From the human T2T-CHM13v2.0 reference genome, Homo sapiens, in the NCBI RefSeq assembly GCF_009914755.1, contig NC_060927.1: a stretch of DNA of 64,000 bases; one strand, written 5' to 3'. The position numbers and the translations under genes are program-made. Of the stretch, positions 30,627 to 45,219 are shown piece by piece (position 1 is the first letter of the stretch; every line of letters begins with the position of its first letter). The notes under the pieces were generated by a model. That model worked only from the letters and a program-made list of their open reading frames with translations, had not been told where the DNA came from and did not search any database.

Positions 30627-32833
30627 ATTGGTTGAAAAATTATTTCTAATATTTTAAAAATGAGAACAACTTGTTCTCCACTGAGAGAGACATGATGATA
30701 CATCTCATTATCAGGTATTTTGTAGTAATTTAGAAGTATTAGTGAATACAAGATGAGCCGAAACATTCTGTCGTATCAGAAAGCAGAACATTATTAAAGA
30801 TCACTGGGGTCCTTTCAAAAAGGACTCAGAAGATAATCTGAAGATGCTCCAACTGGCCAAGAATGGGCTAATATGAGCATCAGAAAGAATCGTTAAAATG
30901 GATGGAATCACATCAAATATGTTAAAAGCTATGAGATTATGACAAAATAAAATGAAAACCTTCACTGTCCCTTTGACACTCTGATTCTTGCTGTTTGGGG
31001 GAAGGGTGTGTGTATACGTCAGTATTAGTGCCTGCCTGAGTTGGGAATATTACATTCCAGGTTCTGTATGAACAGAGGGCTGTATAAAGCAACAGGAAAC
31101 ACTAGCCCTCATTCCGTTTTAAATTACAGACCAATGTAAAACTAATTTAAACTGGATTTCCCCCCCTCAAAATGGAAACAGTTATTTTCTTTTAGAGTTA
31201 ATGAAGTATTGGTAGCTGAAGCCAATTTGACCGTCAACGGATGAGAGGTATTGCTGTCTGATTTCAAACTAAACCCTGAACCTTTTTTTAAAGAAACCAA
31301 TAAAACACATTTTACATGGAAAAAGAAACCCTACACACTTTCACTGGTCTTCTTTAGAGGATTCCGGGAAACCAACACATTATCCTGAAAACTCGTAAAT
31401 CAAGGGAAAGAATCAAAGTAAAAAAAACAAAGAATATTGTTATATCACAAGAAATGAGGAAAAACTGTTACCTCTGAGGAAGGGCACTGGATGGCTGGGG
31501 GACTGGGGTGGGAAAGAGACTCACTTTCCACTGCATACCCTTTTATAGCTTTTGCATTTTATACCATGTGAATGAATTACTTATTAAAAAAATAAACTCA
31601 TTTAAAGTGTCACTATAAAGGATCACATAACAAAATGGAAAAATGATTATATTAAAGGAAAAAAAACTGTCAGAATCCAAATGATAGCCACTCGAATTAT
31701 AACAATGTAGACACTGGATATGCATACAGACCAGGTCTAAAAGGAAACACAGAAAAATAAAAATTATTGACCAGCATTGCAGAATATGGGGGATTTTTTT
31801 CTTTTCATTAAAAAGAATTCCGTTGCTATATTTATAATTTATTTGTCTAATAAGTAATGTTACAGTGACATTTAAATGGAAAAATACAGTCTTTTTTCCC
31901 TTTCTGTCATTTATACTTTTAGGAAATCTTGGCTTTTTGAATCTTGAGCCCATAATCAAGGCACCAAGAACTGTTTGGGGGTAACAACTCTGAGTGCAGG
32001 CAAAAGATCCAAGAAGGATAAAAGGGACTCTTGAGTGCTGTTCACACAGATGTTAAAAGTACAAATGACTTTGCCCAGCTCTGCTTTCCCATCCTGTACT
32101 AATACGGGGGTGGTGGCAGTGGTGGCGTTCCCCGAGTAGGAGGCCCACAGAACATGGAAAGAGCCTGTCGACAGCACATAAAAGACACACACTGAAAACA
32201 CTGCTCGCAGGAGGAGTGAAGCTTGTCAAAGTACTGCAGAGGCTGGGAAAGTGAAGAGAAGAGAAAGAGCAATTATAGCCCGCACCTAACAATTCCTCAG
32301 CTAAATTTAACTGGAGAGGTGGAATATATCTGCAGCTTGAAAACGATAGGCAAATGAATGTTCAGGTACAAGAAGACCCAACCCACATAGAACATTAAAT
32401 GGTCATTGCAAAAAAAGATATTTTTTCATATCAATCTTCTGTAATATTCTGATATTTCCATTGTCATGCCCCAAAATAAATAAATGGCCTCAAGAAGGAA
32501 TAAGGAAATGCTAGGCTCAGAGTGAAAGCTTTTATTTCTTGTTAGAAGATAAATCAAAATCAATAAGAATTTATCAATGTCAGGTTTTTTCAGAAATGCT
32601 ACCTAAAAAATTTCCAGCTATAAATAATGGAAATAAAATGTTAACTTTTATTTACTTTTTGAAGGTTTAAATGGAATTATTTATCTAAAGTTTTCCAAAT
32701 TTTTATGTCAAGAGATATCTCAGCTAATATACTTATTCATACTGAACTATGTTCACAAATAATTCCAAATATAATTTCTAAATTTCAAATGCCATTTTTG
32801 TTATGCACAGAAATGTATTTCAAGATGGTAACA

Positions 32834-33052
32834 CAGGCAGGAGGAATGCTTGAGCTCAGGAGTTTGAGACCAGTCTGGGGAACATGGCAAAACCCTGTCT
32901 CTCCAAAAAATACAAAAACTAGCAGCATGTGGTGGTGCATGCTTGTGGTCCCAGCTACTCGGGAGGCTGAGGTGGGAGGATTGCTTGAGCCCAGGAGGTC
33001 GAAGCTGTAGTAAGAGAGACCCTGCCTCAAAAAAAAAAAAAAAAAAAAAAAA
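32834..33052 (+). mobile_element. AluJ, 5'-truncated with internal deletion
   Basis: TSD aagatggtaa on both sides. Confidence 0.9.
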
Positions 33053-33193
33053 GATGGTAAAAATATAATTATTTCTGGGTAATGAGATCAAGGGTGTTAT
33101 TTACCTTCTTCTTTAGTACTTTGGTACTAGCTGTTTTTTTTTTTTTTTTAAACAATGTGTATGTGTTACTTTATATTAGAAATAAAGTCTTTT

Positions 33194-33643
<450 letters not shown>

Positions 33644-33705
33644 TCATTTTCATATACAACTTATTTACAATCATCTTACCAAAAATATATATAATAATAA
33701 TAAGA

Positions 33706-34000
33706 TTTTTTTTTTTTTTTGGAGACAGTCTCCCTTTGTCGCTCAGGCTGGAGTGCAGTGGTGCGATCTTAGCTCACTGCAACCTCCACCTCCTGAGTTC
33801 AAGTGATTCTCCTGCCTCAGACTCCTGAGTAGCTGGGATTACAGGCGTGCACCACCATGCCCAGCTAACTTTTGTATTTTAGTAGAGATGGGGTTTCACC
33901 ATGTTGCCCAGGGTGGTCTCGAACTCCTGACCTCAAGCAATCTGCATGCCTCAGCCTCCCAAAGTGCTGGGATTACAAGAATGAACCACCGTGCCTGGCT
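33706..34000 (-). mobile_element. AluS/J
   Basis: Reverse full-length Alu. Confidence 0.94.
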
Positions 34001-34311
34001 CAAATATATCAAAAAAAATCTAAATGGAAACAGCTTTTGGAAGAGTTTATTTATTCAAGTACCCCTTATTATTAATGAGGACTTTAATGGGAGGAAAACA
34101 AGATCACGTACAAGATCATTATTGAGATTTATGACCACGTATATTACCTAGGGGTAAACTACTCTGTGTTTTTGCTTCTGGATTCCAACACTAAAGATAT
34201 AGAGCCGATTCATTACTTACACTGAGTACTGTACTATCACTATGTGCTATTGCCAAGTGGATGGACTCATGGATTGCTCTATCGGCTCAGGACTTGAGCA
34301 ACCATCCAAAC

Positions 34312-34720
34312 CCTTGTGGCAGACAATACCATTTGCTTACCCACTATACAATGTCCCTTTCTGTCTCACTAACAGAACACTGATCTCATCTGGGTTAGCA
34401 ATGTACCCTGCTAAAACACTAGCTTTCTTGGGATCCCATGCAACTTGAGGAAGCCACCTAGCACAGTTCTGACCAAGGAAACATAAACCAAGTTTCTGGA
34501 AAGCCTTGCACTTTCTGCCTGGAATGTAAACATGACACCATATTAACTCATCACAGACGTCTTATAACCATAAGACTACAAGTACAAAGACAGAAGTCTC
34601 ACACTAAGGATAGTAGAGCAGAAAGACAGACTTCCTGTTATATAGGAAAAATAAATCCCTACTTGATTAAAGCCACAGTAGTCAGAATTCTGGTATGCAT
34701 AACCAAATGCAATCCTACTT
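34312..34720 (+). mobile_element. Old MaLR LTR (MLT1J/K-like)
   Basis: tgtggcagaca...gcacagttctgaccaagg...tgcctggaatg...aaataaatccctacttgattaaagccac...aatgcaatccta. Confidence 0.6.
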
Positions 34721-35769
34721 ATCCTTTTATAGTTGAGAAAATGAACTCAATATCTGAAGAGAATCTGGGTGGACTTAAGAAGTCAAACCATCAGAGTGCA
34801 GGACAAGGCAACACTTTTAAAAGAAGCCATTTCAATTACACTTTTCAGTCATGGAAAGCAATGACATCAATAAGAAAAAATATGGTGGAAATTTGGTGTA
34901 ATAATTTTTTTCTGGTAAACAATCTTCTGAATCATCTATAAAACAGAGTTCATATCTAAAAAAATTTGCTAGTATATTATGTCCAAAAATTTTAAAAATC
35001 TGCTTTCTCTTACAATTTTGACATGTAGTATTCATGAACATCTTTTAAAAACATCTTTCTAGAGCCAAGAATGTGGCAACTCAATGTCAGGTCAAGATCT
35101 ACCAGATATAAATGAAGTATTTAACGAACGTACTTAACTATTATAAATAGTTGATTGCCCTTTAATAAATAATTTTCCTTTAAAAGTGTTGGAATTGTGA
35201 TTACGCCTTCCTCCACACAGATTATTTTAAGGAAAAAATTTCCACCCATAAGCATTATACTCTAACCAACTAAGCAAATCAGCCCCAGATCTAAGATGAA
35301 AATGTTATATGAATAAACTCTAAAGAGCTAGGACATATGTATTCCCCTTGATTCTTCACAGTAGATAAAGTACTGTGGGAATTACTTTGCTTTGAATTCC
35401 AGGGACGTTTCATAAATATTTATGGACTGAAAGTGTGAGTGAATGTGGAGAACACTGAACACAGCTCACAGGTCCCAGAGCAGGTTCCTGTCAAGTTTAG
35501 GAGGAAGCCCTTTCCAAGTGAGAGTTCTGGAAGGGAAAGGGATATTCCTTACCATGTATCAACAAGAAGCTAAGAGCCCTCACATGCTATACTACTACAG
35601 GTGGAGTCTGCACTGAGAGTCATCAGCCCACTTGGCTCCTACCATGTATGACCTACCAGGATGACCAGAGCCTGTATGAGGTGGTATATGTTAGACCAAG
35701 CATTACGTTAGATTACATAGAAATAAAGGGAGAAACAAACTGGGCTATACTGCTGTTCAAACGACAATA

Positions 35770-36030
35770 ACGATACTAAAAGTTAACATCTACTAAGAGC
35801 ATTCTATGCATCAGGCCCGGATCTACATCCTTTACTTATATTAATTAATTTACTTCTCACACACTTCTGTGAGGTAGGCACCATTTTCCTCAACGCATAC
35901 ATGAGGGAACTGAGGTCCAGAGAAGGCAACTCACACTTACTAAAGCACACAGTAAGCAAGTGGAAGAACCAGAATCAAAGCCAGGCAGTCTGGCTTCAGA
36001 ACCATGCTCTTAACTACTAAGCTGTACCAC
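35770..36030. mobile_element. MIR
   Basis: ctgtgaggtaggcaccatttt...atgagggaactgaggtccagaga...ccaggcagtctggcttcagaaccatgctcttaac. Confidence 0.8.
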
Positions 36031-36068
36031 CTTCAACCTAGGAAGAAAAAAATCAGGAAAAACAAGCC

Positions 36069-36558
36069 TGTGGTGGGTGGTGCTAACAATACGTCCACGA
36101 ATTCTTTGATACTCCTCCCTTCACAAGGCAGAGCCTAATTCTCTGCTAGGGCGTGATGTGGGCTTAGTAACTTGCTTCTAACAAATAGAAAACAAGCAGA
36201 AGTAATGGTATGTGACTTAAAAGAGACTGGATCATAAAATGCACTGCAGCTTCCTCCTTGCCCTCTCTTAGACCTCTTCTCTTCCTTGAGGAAAACCAGC
36301 TGCTATGTCACAAGGGACATTCTAGCACGTGGTGAGGAGCCAGGACCCCCTGCCAACAGCCATCCCCCAGTTCCAGTCCAGTCTGCAGATGACTACAGCC
36401 CTAGCCAACACTTTGACCGCAACTGCATGAGAGACTGGGCCAGAACTACTCACCTAAAGCGCTCCCGAATTCCTGACCCACAGAAACTGAGAGATTGGAA
36501 ACATTTTGTTTTAAGCAACTAAGTTGTAAGATATGTTTTAATGTATCAATAGAAAACT
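36069..36558 (+). mobile_element. MaLR LTR (MLT1F/G-like)
   Basis: tgtggt...ttctttgatactcctccc...aattcctgacccacagaaactgagaga...ttttaagcaactaagtt...caatagaaaacta. Confidence 0.75.
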
Positions 36559-36615
36559 ACTACTACTACTATCCAAAAATAGATTACAACACGCAGAACC
36601 TTTTATCAGAGCCAG

Positions 36616-36951
<336 letters not shown>

Positions 36952-37308
36952 TAAATTGTGTAATTACTTAATGATCTCGTATGTTTGTTCACTCTCTGAA
37001 AGCAATACCATTTTGACCATTGCAGAAGGGTAGAACAACATATCCTTTATGTCCCTTCAAAAGCTTATGAATAGAACTAATTAATATCTGAAATTCTACC
37101 TTACTTACTTTATTAAACAAGGAGTATATTAAGGTTAAAAGATTATTCCTGCCTTAAATTGTCACATATTCGCTTAAGTCAATAAAAAAACAATATATTC
37201 CACCTCCAAAAATCTATAAGAACAAGCTGTCTATTCAAGGTGCTAATCTGCCATTATTTATAGACCCTTGACTCCTTTCTGAGCAGCCGTCATTAACAGA
37301 ACAATTTA

Positions 37309-37761
<453 letters not shown>

Positions 37762-38015
37762 CACCACAAAGATCAGCTGCTGCTTGCAGACTGACATACC
37801 TCTAAAGCCCTTCTTCCTGATCATTCAGATATCTTTTATTAGGTTTGAGGATTTCTGGGGGTGTTTTCTGCCCCAAAATTATAACTGCAGTCTTCAAGGC
37901 ACCCCAGAGTTGTCATTTGGGAATCCAGGTATGCTCAGAGGACAAATACTGGCCTACCTCTTGGTGTAGAAGGGAAAGAGAAACAGTAAGTTGGATTTTA
38001 GTCTAGAAGTATTTA

Positions 38016-38168
<153 letters not shown>

Positions 38169-38499
38169 TTACCCCATTCTCCCATGCCCCAGGCTTTAGC
38201 AATGGCCAGCCTCAAGCTGTCCCATCGAAACTCAAATCCCCTAAAGGAAAAAGAACAGGCGCAGGATCAAGATTGGTATCTGCGCAGTGAGGACTGAAGA
38301 GAATGTGAATAGGGAATGAGAAGGAACCACTAGAGAAGCAAGAGGAAAAAGAGAAATGGAGAAAATGAGCAGCAATGAAGCGGCTAGAAAAATACAGAGA
38401 AAGAAAGGGCAAGAGGGAAGAGAAAAGGGGGAGATTTAGAGTAGGGGATGAAGGCAAAAGAGGCTTTGTTTTTTGTTTTAAAGAACAGAAACACAAGTG

Positions 38500-39000
38500 G
38501 CAGAGAAATGATGTTCCCTGAAAGGAAAAGAGGTAGACAGAGAAGCAGAGGGCAAATGGTGAAGAAGACAAAGGCTGACACCCCAGGTTCCTGATTAGGA
38601 ACGAGGTGGAAACTGGTAGTGCCACTAGCAGATCCAGAGTACAGAGGAGAGCAGGTCGGGGAACAATGATGAGGTGGCTTCTGCACATGTTGAGTCTGTG
38701 GTGTCTGCAGAGGAACCATGTGGAGATGTCCAGGTGGGCAGCTGGGACAGAGATGCAGGAGAAGGATGTGGCCCAGAAGTGGTATGTGGGAGCCACTGAA
38801 GCTGTGGGAAGGTACAGTGGCACCATACAGGGAGACTGCAGAGGGGAAGAGAAAGGTTATGGGCCAGAGCACATGGAGCACCATTTGCAGGATGCAGGGA
38901 GAAAGAAGAACCCATGAGGGAATCTCAGGACAAAGGCAGGTGACTAAGGTGCAGGATGAGAGCTGGGAGAGAGACTGGTAGTGTGGGAGAGTGAACAGTC
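38500..39000 (-). mobile_element. L2 fragment
   Basis: gacacccca ggtt...ctgcacatgttgagtctgtggtgtct...ggagatgtccaggtgggcagctgg, antisense L2 motifs. Confidence 0.65.
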
Positions 39001-39280
39001 TCACTCACCTTGAGTGGCAGCAATGTCCTCAAGTAGTCAGGTTTTCAGTAAGGTAAGAAACTGAGGATGTTCGTACTCTGTGAGGACAGAGGTGACCTTG
39101 TTTATCATGGAAAAGGGTTCCAGAAAGCCCTGTGGCCTTCCTTCTGTGTTCCTCTACCTCTTTGAACTTACCCTTTCGGCGAAACATTTGTCACACTGTC
39201 CCTCTGTGCTTCATGTTTACCTCCTAGGCTTAAGGGCAGGTGTGGGTCAGACTGAGTTTTGTATCCTCAGTGCTTTGTCA

Positions 39281-39685
<405 letters not shown>

Positions 39686-40281
39686 TTAGTAAAAGCCTTG
39701 GAATATATAACTTTTGACCTATTTCTGGAAATTTATCTATAGAGATTAATCACAGCTGTATAAACATTAAGCTACAAGTAGTTATAATTTGCACACTTTA
39801 AAACCACCAACATATTTAACAAATAGACAACTGGTTAAAAATCACAATATATCTATATAGCTGAATATTAGAAATCCTCCAAAAATCTATACAGATCAAC
39901 AGTAACAAATACAAGCATACAAACCTCACATCTTCAGCACAATTAATTGACACAGACTACAGACTCAATACACCTGTAAGTAAAAATAATAAACAGCAAA
40001 TTCCAAGCACAGCTATCTCCTGAGGTCCCACTGCAAATCTTTGTGGAAAGTGAGGAGAATTTGGAAAAATGGCATGGAAGAGAGAAGAGCAGAACAGAAG
40101 GCCTAAATCTGAGCCAAAATCACTCCTGAAAGAGACAGTCTACCCTAATTATAAAAACACTGAAAAACATCTTATTTGGAGCACTAACCACAGGGAAGAG
40201 ACAGAGTCTGTGGGATGCTATGGCAATCTGAAAACGGCATTGCTTCTAAGGAAGAAATGAGTAAAAAAGAAGGGAGAGGAG

Positions 40282-40295
40282 GTGCCCTCTAGTGA
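40282..40295 (-). promoter_or_regulatory. Candidate CTCF motif TCACTAGAGGGCAC
   Basis: One mismatch to CCACYAGRKGGCR; motif only. Confidence 0.4.
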
Positions 40296-41464
40296 CTGGA
40301 TAGGGAAAGAGAAAGAGGCAGGAGGAAATTTAGATTCCTGTAACACAAAGGTGAGGTAAAACAATCAGGGTCATATAATTCCTCCCCCACCGACCTCTTC
40401 AAGCAAAAAGCCATCCACTAAAGAGACTATACTTCACTGCATTTAAGCATTACAGTGTTTGCAAACTAGGGATCTTATAAACCAACCCAAACTTCCAATC
40501 TTGTCTACAAAAGGAGCAGATGCAAGTAGTTTACAACTATACAAAACCATTTTCAGGAGAAAATAGAAAAAGAAGATCAAAACATTTCAGCTAATGAAAA
40601 TGCCCTCCAAAAAATCACAAAGGAAACTTTAACACAATAACCCAAACTGAATTAAATATCCTTAAATAGGCATTTGGGCTATGAAAAAAATACATGTTTA
40701 ATCAATTCAAAAACTGAAAATAGAAATGGACTAAAAGTGGGCAGAACTGAACAAAAAATTGATTAAATTCAGTAAAAAAAAGAAAAAGATAAAATTATAT
40801 CTGAAATGAAGACTAAATTTCAAAGCACCCAAAGGAGAACAGATTCAAATAAAAATGTAATAAAGAAAATTGAATAATAAAAGCAAAATAACCATGAGAA
40901 TGAAAATAGGATAAGCAAAGAAGAGGGATCAGAGTAAAGCAGTTGAAAGGGAAGGAGGCAAAGAAGATCCAACACACATATGTTTGGAATCCTTAAATTA
41001 AAAGAGAAACAAAATAATGAAACAGAAGTAAAATTTAAAACTATAGTCTAATAACACTTTCAGAAACAAAAGAAGGCCCAAATCTACATACTGAAAGGGC
41101 CTATTGGGTATCTGGGAAAATCACCCTGTAAAGCTCAATTGAGGCATGTCCTAGTAAAACTATTAGACTTTAAAAAGTATGTATATTTACAGAGACAGAG
41201 AGAGAGAAAGATCTCAGAGTTTTATGATAAAAAGACCACATATCTCAAAAGGGCAAGATAATTAGGTTGGCATCAGACTCCCCAAGGGAAACATAAAAAC
41301 AAGGTGACAATGGAGCAGCATTTTCAAGAAATTTAAGGGAAGAAAAAGTCAACTAAGGATTTTGTATCTAGCAAATCAGTCCTTCAAATATCAAGGCTAC
41401 AGAAAAAGTCTTAAACATGGATGGACTCAGAGAATACTATGCCCACAGCCCTTCTTGGGAATCT

Positions 41465-41907
41465 TTTGGGGACAGGCATTCTGCCATGGGCCCTGGGCAT
41501 TCCTGCTAGGTATGCCAAAAAGGCAAGCTCCTGACTGCTCTTTTCCCAGGTCATTTCTTAGGCTTGTGTTTTCAAGGAGCAACCTGGAAGGATAAGGCAG
41601 CATTGATTCCCAAAGAGCTTCCATTTACTATAAAAACACTAGATTCCTCAAGTGCTCTAATATAAACCACTGCATATTTAGATATTCATCTAGACGCACA
41701 TGTGTCATCCCCATGGGACTTGGGGGACATGGAGAACTGATGCAAATGAAGAGGGTGTTCTGGCTATTGTTTTTCCCATGAGTAATATGGCAATATATTT
41801 GTATCTGGCCCAAGAGTCTCATGTTTTCTGTCAGGATCCATGAAATGCTAACAAACTTACTAGCTTGTGAGTAAGGTGACATCTCCAATGTGTCACAGTT
41901 CCTGACA
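41465..41907 (+). mobile_element. ERVL-type solo LTR (LTR40/41-like)
   Basis: ctgccatgggccctgggcattcctgc...ccccatgggacttggggg...gaactgatgcaaatg...cacagttcctgaca 3' terminus. Confidence 0.6.
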
Positions 41908-41983
41908 CTACTAGAGAATGAGCTTCATCCAACTAAAAGAATAATATATATTATTATTTTATATAATATATATTATTCTTCCC

Positions 41984-42075
41984 TTGACTTTTTTTTCCCT
42001 TAAATTTCTTGAAAATGCTGCTGCATTGTCACCTTGTTTTTATGTTTCCCTTGAGGAGTCTGATGCCAAACTAAT
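41984..42075 (-). repeat. 92-bp inverted copy of 41261-41352
   Basis: Reverse complement with 88/92 matches. Confidence 0.95.
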
Positions 42076-42132
42076 AATATATATTATTCTTTTATATAAT
42101 ATATATTATCCTTCATCCAACTAAAAGAATAA

Positions 42133-42280
42133 TATATATTATTCTTCTGCCCTATGCCAACCTTTGTTTTAGTCTTAAGACCACATTTAAATATATTAAA
42201 TGTTCACTGTCTGTAAATATATTTAAATGTGGTCTTAAGACTAAAACAAAGGTTGGGATAGGGAAGAAGAATAATATATA
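42133..42280. repeat. Inverted repeat (hairpin): 65-bp arms, 18-nt spacer
   Basis: 42133-42197 vs reverse complement of 42216-42280, 63/65 identical. Confidence 0.96.
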
Positions 42281-42485
42281 AATGTTATATGTTCTGACAA
42301 GCTATAAACAATGTAAGTTTAAAAATGGGAGAAGGGAAAGAGGAAAGTAGAATAAGCTCACTGTTATACTGGCAATAGGTGGGAGTTAAAAGACAACCTT
42401 TAAAAACTGACAAGCTTGAGAGTAAAAAATTAAATAAGAAAACAGAGGACTAAGGGCATTTAAAAAGATATAAAGACATATCAGT

Positions 42486-42672
42486 AGCTGGACATGGTGG
42501 TACACATCTGTAGTCCCAGCTGCTTGAGAGGCTGAGGCAGAAGGATCACTTGAGCCCAGGAGTCCAAGGCTAAAGTGTGCTATGATCACTTCTGTGAATA
42601 GCCACTGCACTCCAGCCTGGGCAACACAGTGAGACCCCATCTCTCGAAAAAAAATTAAAGAAAATAAAGAAA
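42486..42672 (+). mobile_element. FRAM / AluJ right monomer
   Basis: agctggacatggtggtacacatctgtagtcccagc...gagaccccatctc. Confidence 0.88.
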
Positions 42673-44199
42673 ACACATCAGGTAGGCAAATACAGCAAAT
42701 ATAACAGAGTATGTAGCAATTATAACATAAATGTAACAGAGTAAGATAAACATACCTGTCATATCAAAAACTATGAACGAGCTTAACTCACCTATTATAT
42801 GAAAGATTTTCAAACTGGCTCACAAAACAAAACCCAACTCTATGCTAATATTAAAGTGATTGATTAAGGGACACAAAATAAAAGAATGCACAAGGGCATA
42901 TCAGGCAAATGGAAACAAAAGAAAGTAGAGGGTCATGATTTTGATTCCGATAAAGTAAGATTTAAGACAAAAAAGCATTAAATCTGACAGACTTTTTTAA
43001 ATGCTAAAGTCACAACTGACAATGAAGAAATAACAGTTATAAATATTTATGCATCAAATAACATAGCAACAACTTTTGCTAAAGCAATTGCTATAGAAGA
43101 TGCAAGGAAAATTAGAAACACATTAATACTTAGAGATGTTAACAACATTATCATTCTAAGTGCAAGACAGGTCAAGCAGACAAAAAAATAAGTAAGGATA
43201 CAGAAGAACTTAAAAAAATAGACATTGAATTTTATACCCTGATAGTAAAAATGAAGTAGAAAGTGTATATGCCTTCAAAATTGGTTGGGGAGAAAACTGA
43301 GCTAGGAATAATTTTATCTTATTGAGTAAAGAATATGAAGAATGTCATACTGGAAGTCTTAGCCAGTGCAGTAAGACAAGAAAAAGAAATAAAAGGTAAA
43401 TAAACTGAAAAGCAAGAAATAAAACTGTCTTTGTTCAAAGATGATATGATTATCTATATAGAAGATCTCAAAGAATCTACAAACACACACACACACAAAA
43501 TCCTAGAACTAATAAGCAAGTATAGCAAGGTCACAGGATATAAGATCAATATATGAAGGTCAATTGCCTTTCTCTGTACCAGCAATGAACCACCAAAATT
43601 TTAAAGTTAAAAAAAAATCATTTATACTAACACCAAATAAAAACACATATAACTCTAACAAAACAGAGAATTGCTATGTGAAAAACTGCAAAACAATGAT
43701 AAAAGAAATCAAAGATCTAAATAAGTGGAGAAATATTATATGTCTGTGGATTGAAAGAGTCAATATTGTTAAGGTGTCAATTATTCCCGACTTGCTCTAT
43801 AGATTCAACACAATCCCACTCAAAATCCCAGGAAGCTATTTTGTAGATGTTGACAAAAAGATTCCAAAGTTCATATGGAAAGGCAAAAGACCCATACAAT
43901 ACTGAAAAAAGAAGGAATAAAGTTAGAGGACTTCTACTACCAGATTTTAAGACTTATAATCAAGGTAATCCTGGTATTGGCAAAATAATAAACATATACA
44001 TCAATAGAACAGAGGGGCCAGAAATAGATCCAGCAATAACTGATCTTTGACAATGGCATAAAGACAACGCAATGGAGAAAGAATAGACTTTTCAACAAAT
44101 CGTGCCGAACAACTGGATGACTATATGTAAAAAAATAAATAAATAAAACTAGACACAGACCTGACACCTTTCACAAAAATTAACTCAAAATGGATCACA

Positions 44200-44584
44200 G
44201 ACTGAGGCGGGAGGATCACCTGAGGCCAGGAATTTGAGACTGGTGTGGGCAACACAGCAAGACCCCATCTCTAAAAAATAAATTGAGGCCGGGTGAAGTG
44301 GCTCATGCCTGTAATTCCAGCACTTTGGGAGGCCAAGGCAGGCAGATCTATTGACCCCAGGAGTTCAAGACCATCCCTGGCAACACGGAGAAGTCCCATC
44401 TCTACAAAAAGCACAAAAACTAGCCAAGTGTGGTGGTGCACGCCTGTAGTCCCAGCTGCTTGGGAAGCTGAGGTGGGAGGATCACCTGAGCCCTGCAGAT
44501 CAAGGCTGCAGCGAGCCATGACCATGACACTGCACTCCAGCCTGGGTGACAGAGCAAGACTCCGTCTCAAAAAAAAAAAAAAAA
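44200..44584 (+). mobile_element. Alu monomer fragment (44200-44282) followed by AluJ (44287-44584)
   Basis: Alu consensus. Confidence 0.9.
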
Positions 44585-45219
44585 TGATATACAATAGATG
44601 TGCATATTTTCAGGGTACATGTGATATTTTGACATATTCATGTAATATGTAAAGATCAAATCAGGGTAATCGAGATATCTATAGTAACAAGTTTTCAGAC
44701 ACAATACCAAAGCACAATCCATGAAAGGGAAAACTGGTTAAGTTGTACATTATTAAATTTAAAAATCTGTGCTTCCTCAAAGACACTATTAAAAGAATCA
44801 AAAGACAAGCCCCAGAGCAAGAGAAAATATTTGCTGAACACCTGTCTGATAAAGAATTTGTATCCAAAATATAGAAAGAATTCTTAAATCTCAACAAAAA
44901 AACAATCCAACTGAAAAATGAGCAAAGACCTGAATAGACACCTTGCCCCAAAAGATGACAAATGAGCATATGAAAAGATGTGCCATAGCATTTGTCATTA
45001 GAGAAATAAAAATTAAAACAACAACTACCACTACACGCCTATTAGAATGTCTGAAGTCCAACAAACTGGCAAACTGGACTTGACTAAAATTAAAAATTTC
45101 TGCTCCGCAAAAGATACTGTAAAGGGAATAAAAAGACAAGCCTCAGACCAGGAGAAAATATTTGCAAAAGATAATATTTGACAAAGGACTGTTATCCTAA
45201 ACTTAAAAAGACCCTAAAA

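Larger units (their letters stand above)
40500..43300 (+). mobile_element. Ancient L1M ORF1 to ORF2-endonuclease region, interrupted by an LTR, a local rearrangement and an Alu monomer
   Basis: ORF1-like agatccaacacacatatgtttggaatc, attaggttggcatcagact and aggattttgtatctagcaaa; endonuclease-like caatgaagaaataacagttataaatatttatgcatcaaataaca. Confidence 0.7.

Noticed and set aside
38212-39004. Longest ORFs (204 and 206 aa, minus strand)
   Set aside because: They lie in pyrimidine-rich low-complexity and L2 sequence, are biased to L/S/F/P and resemble no protein I recognise.
43564-43905. 113-aa ORF with L1 ORF2 similarity
   Set aside because: Fragment of a degenerate, interrupted L1MB-like copy; not a functional gene.
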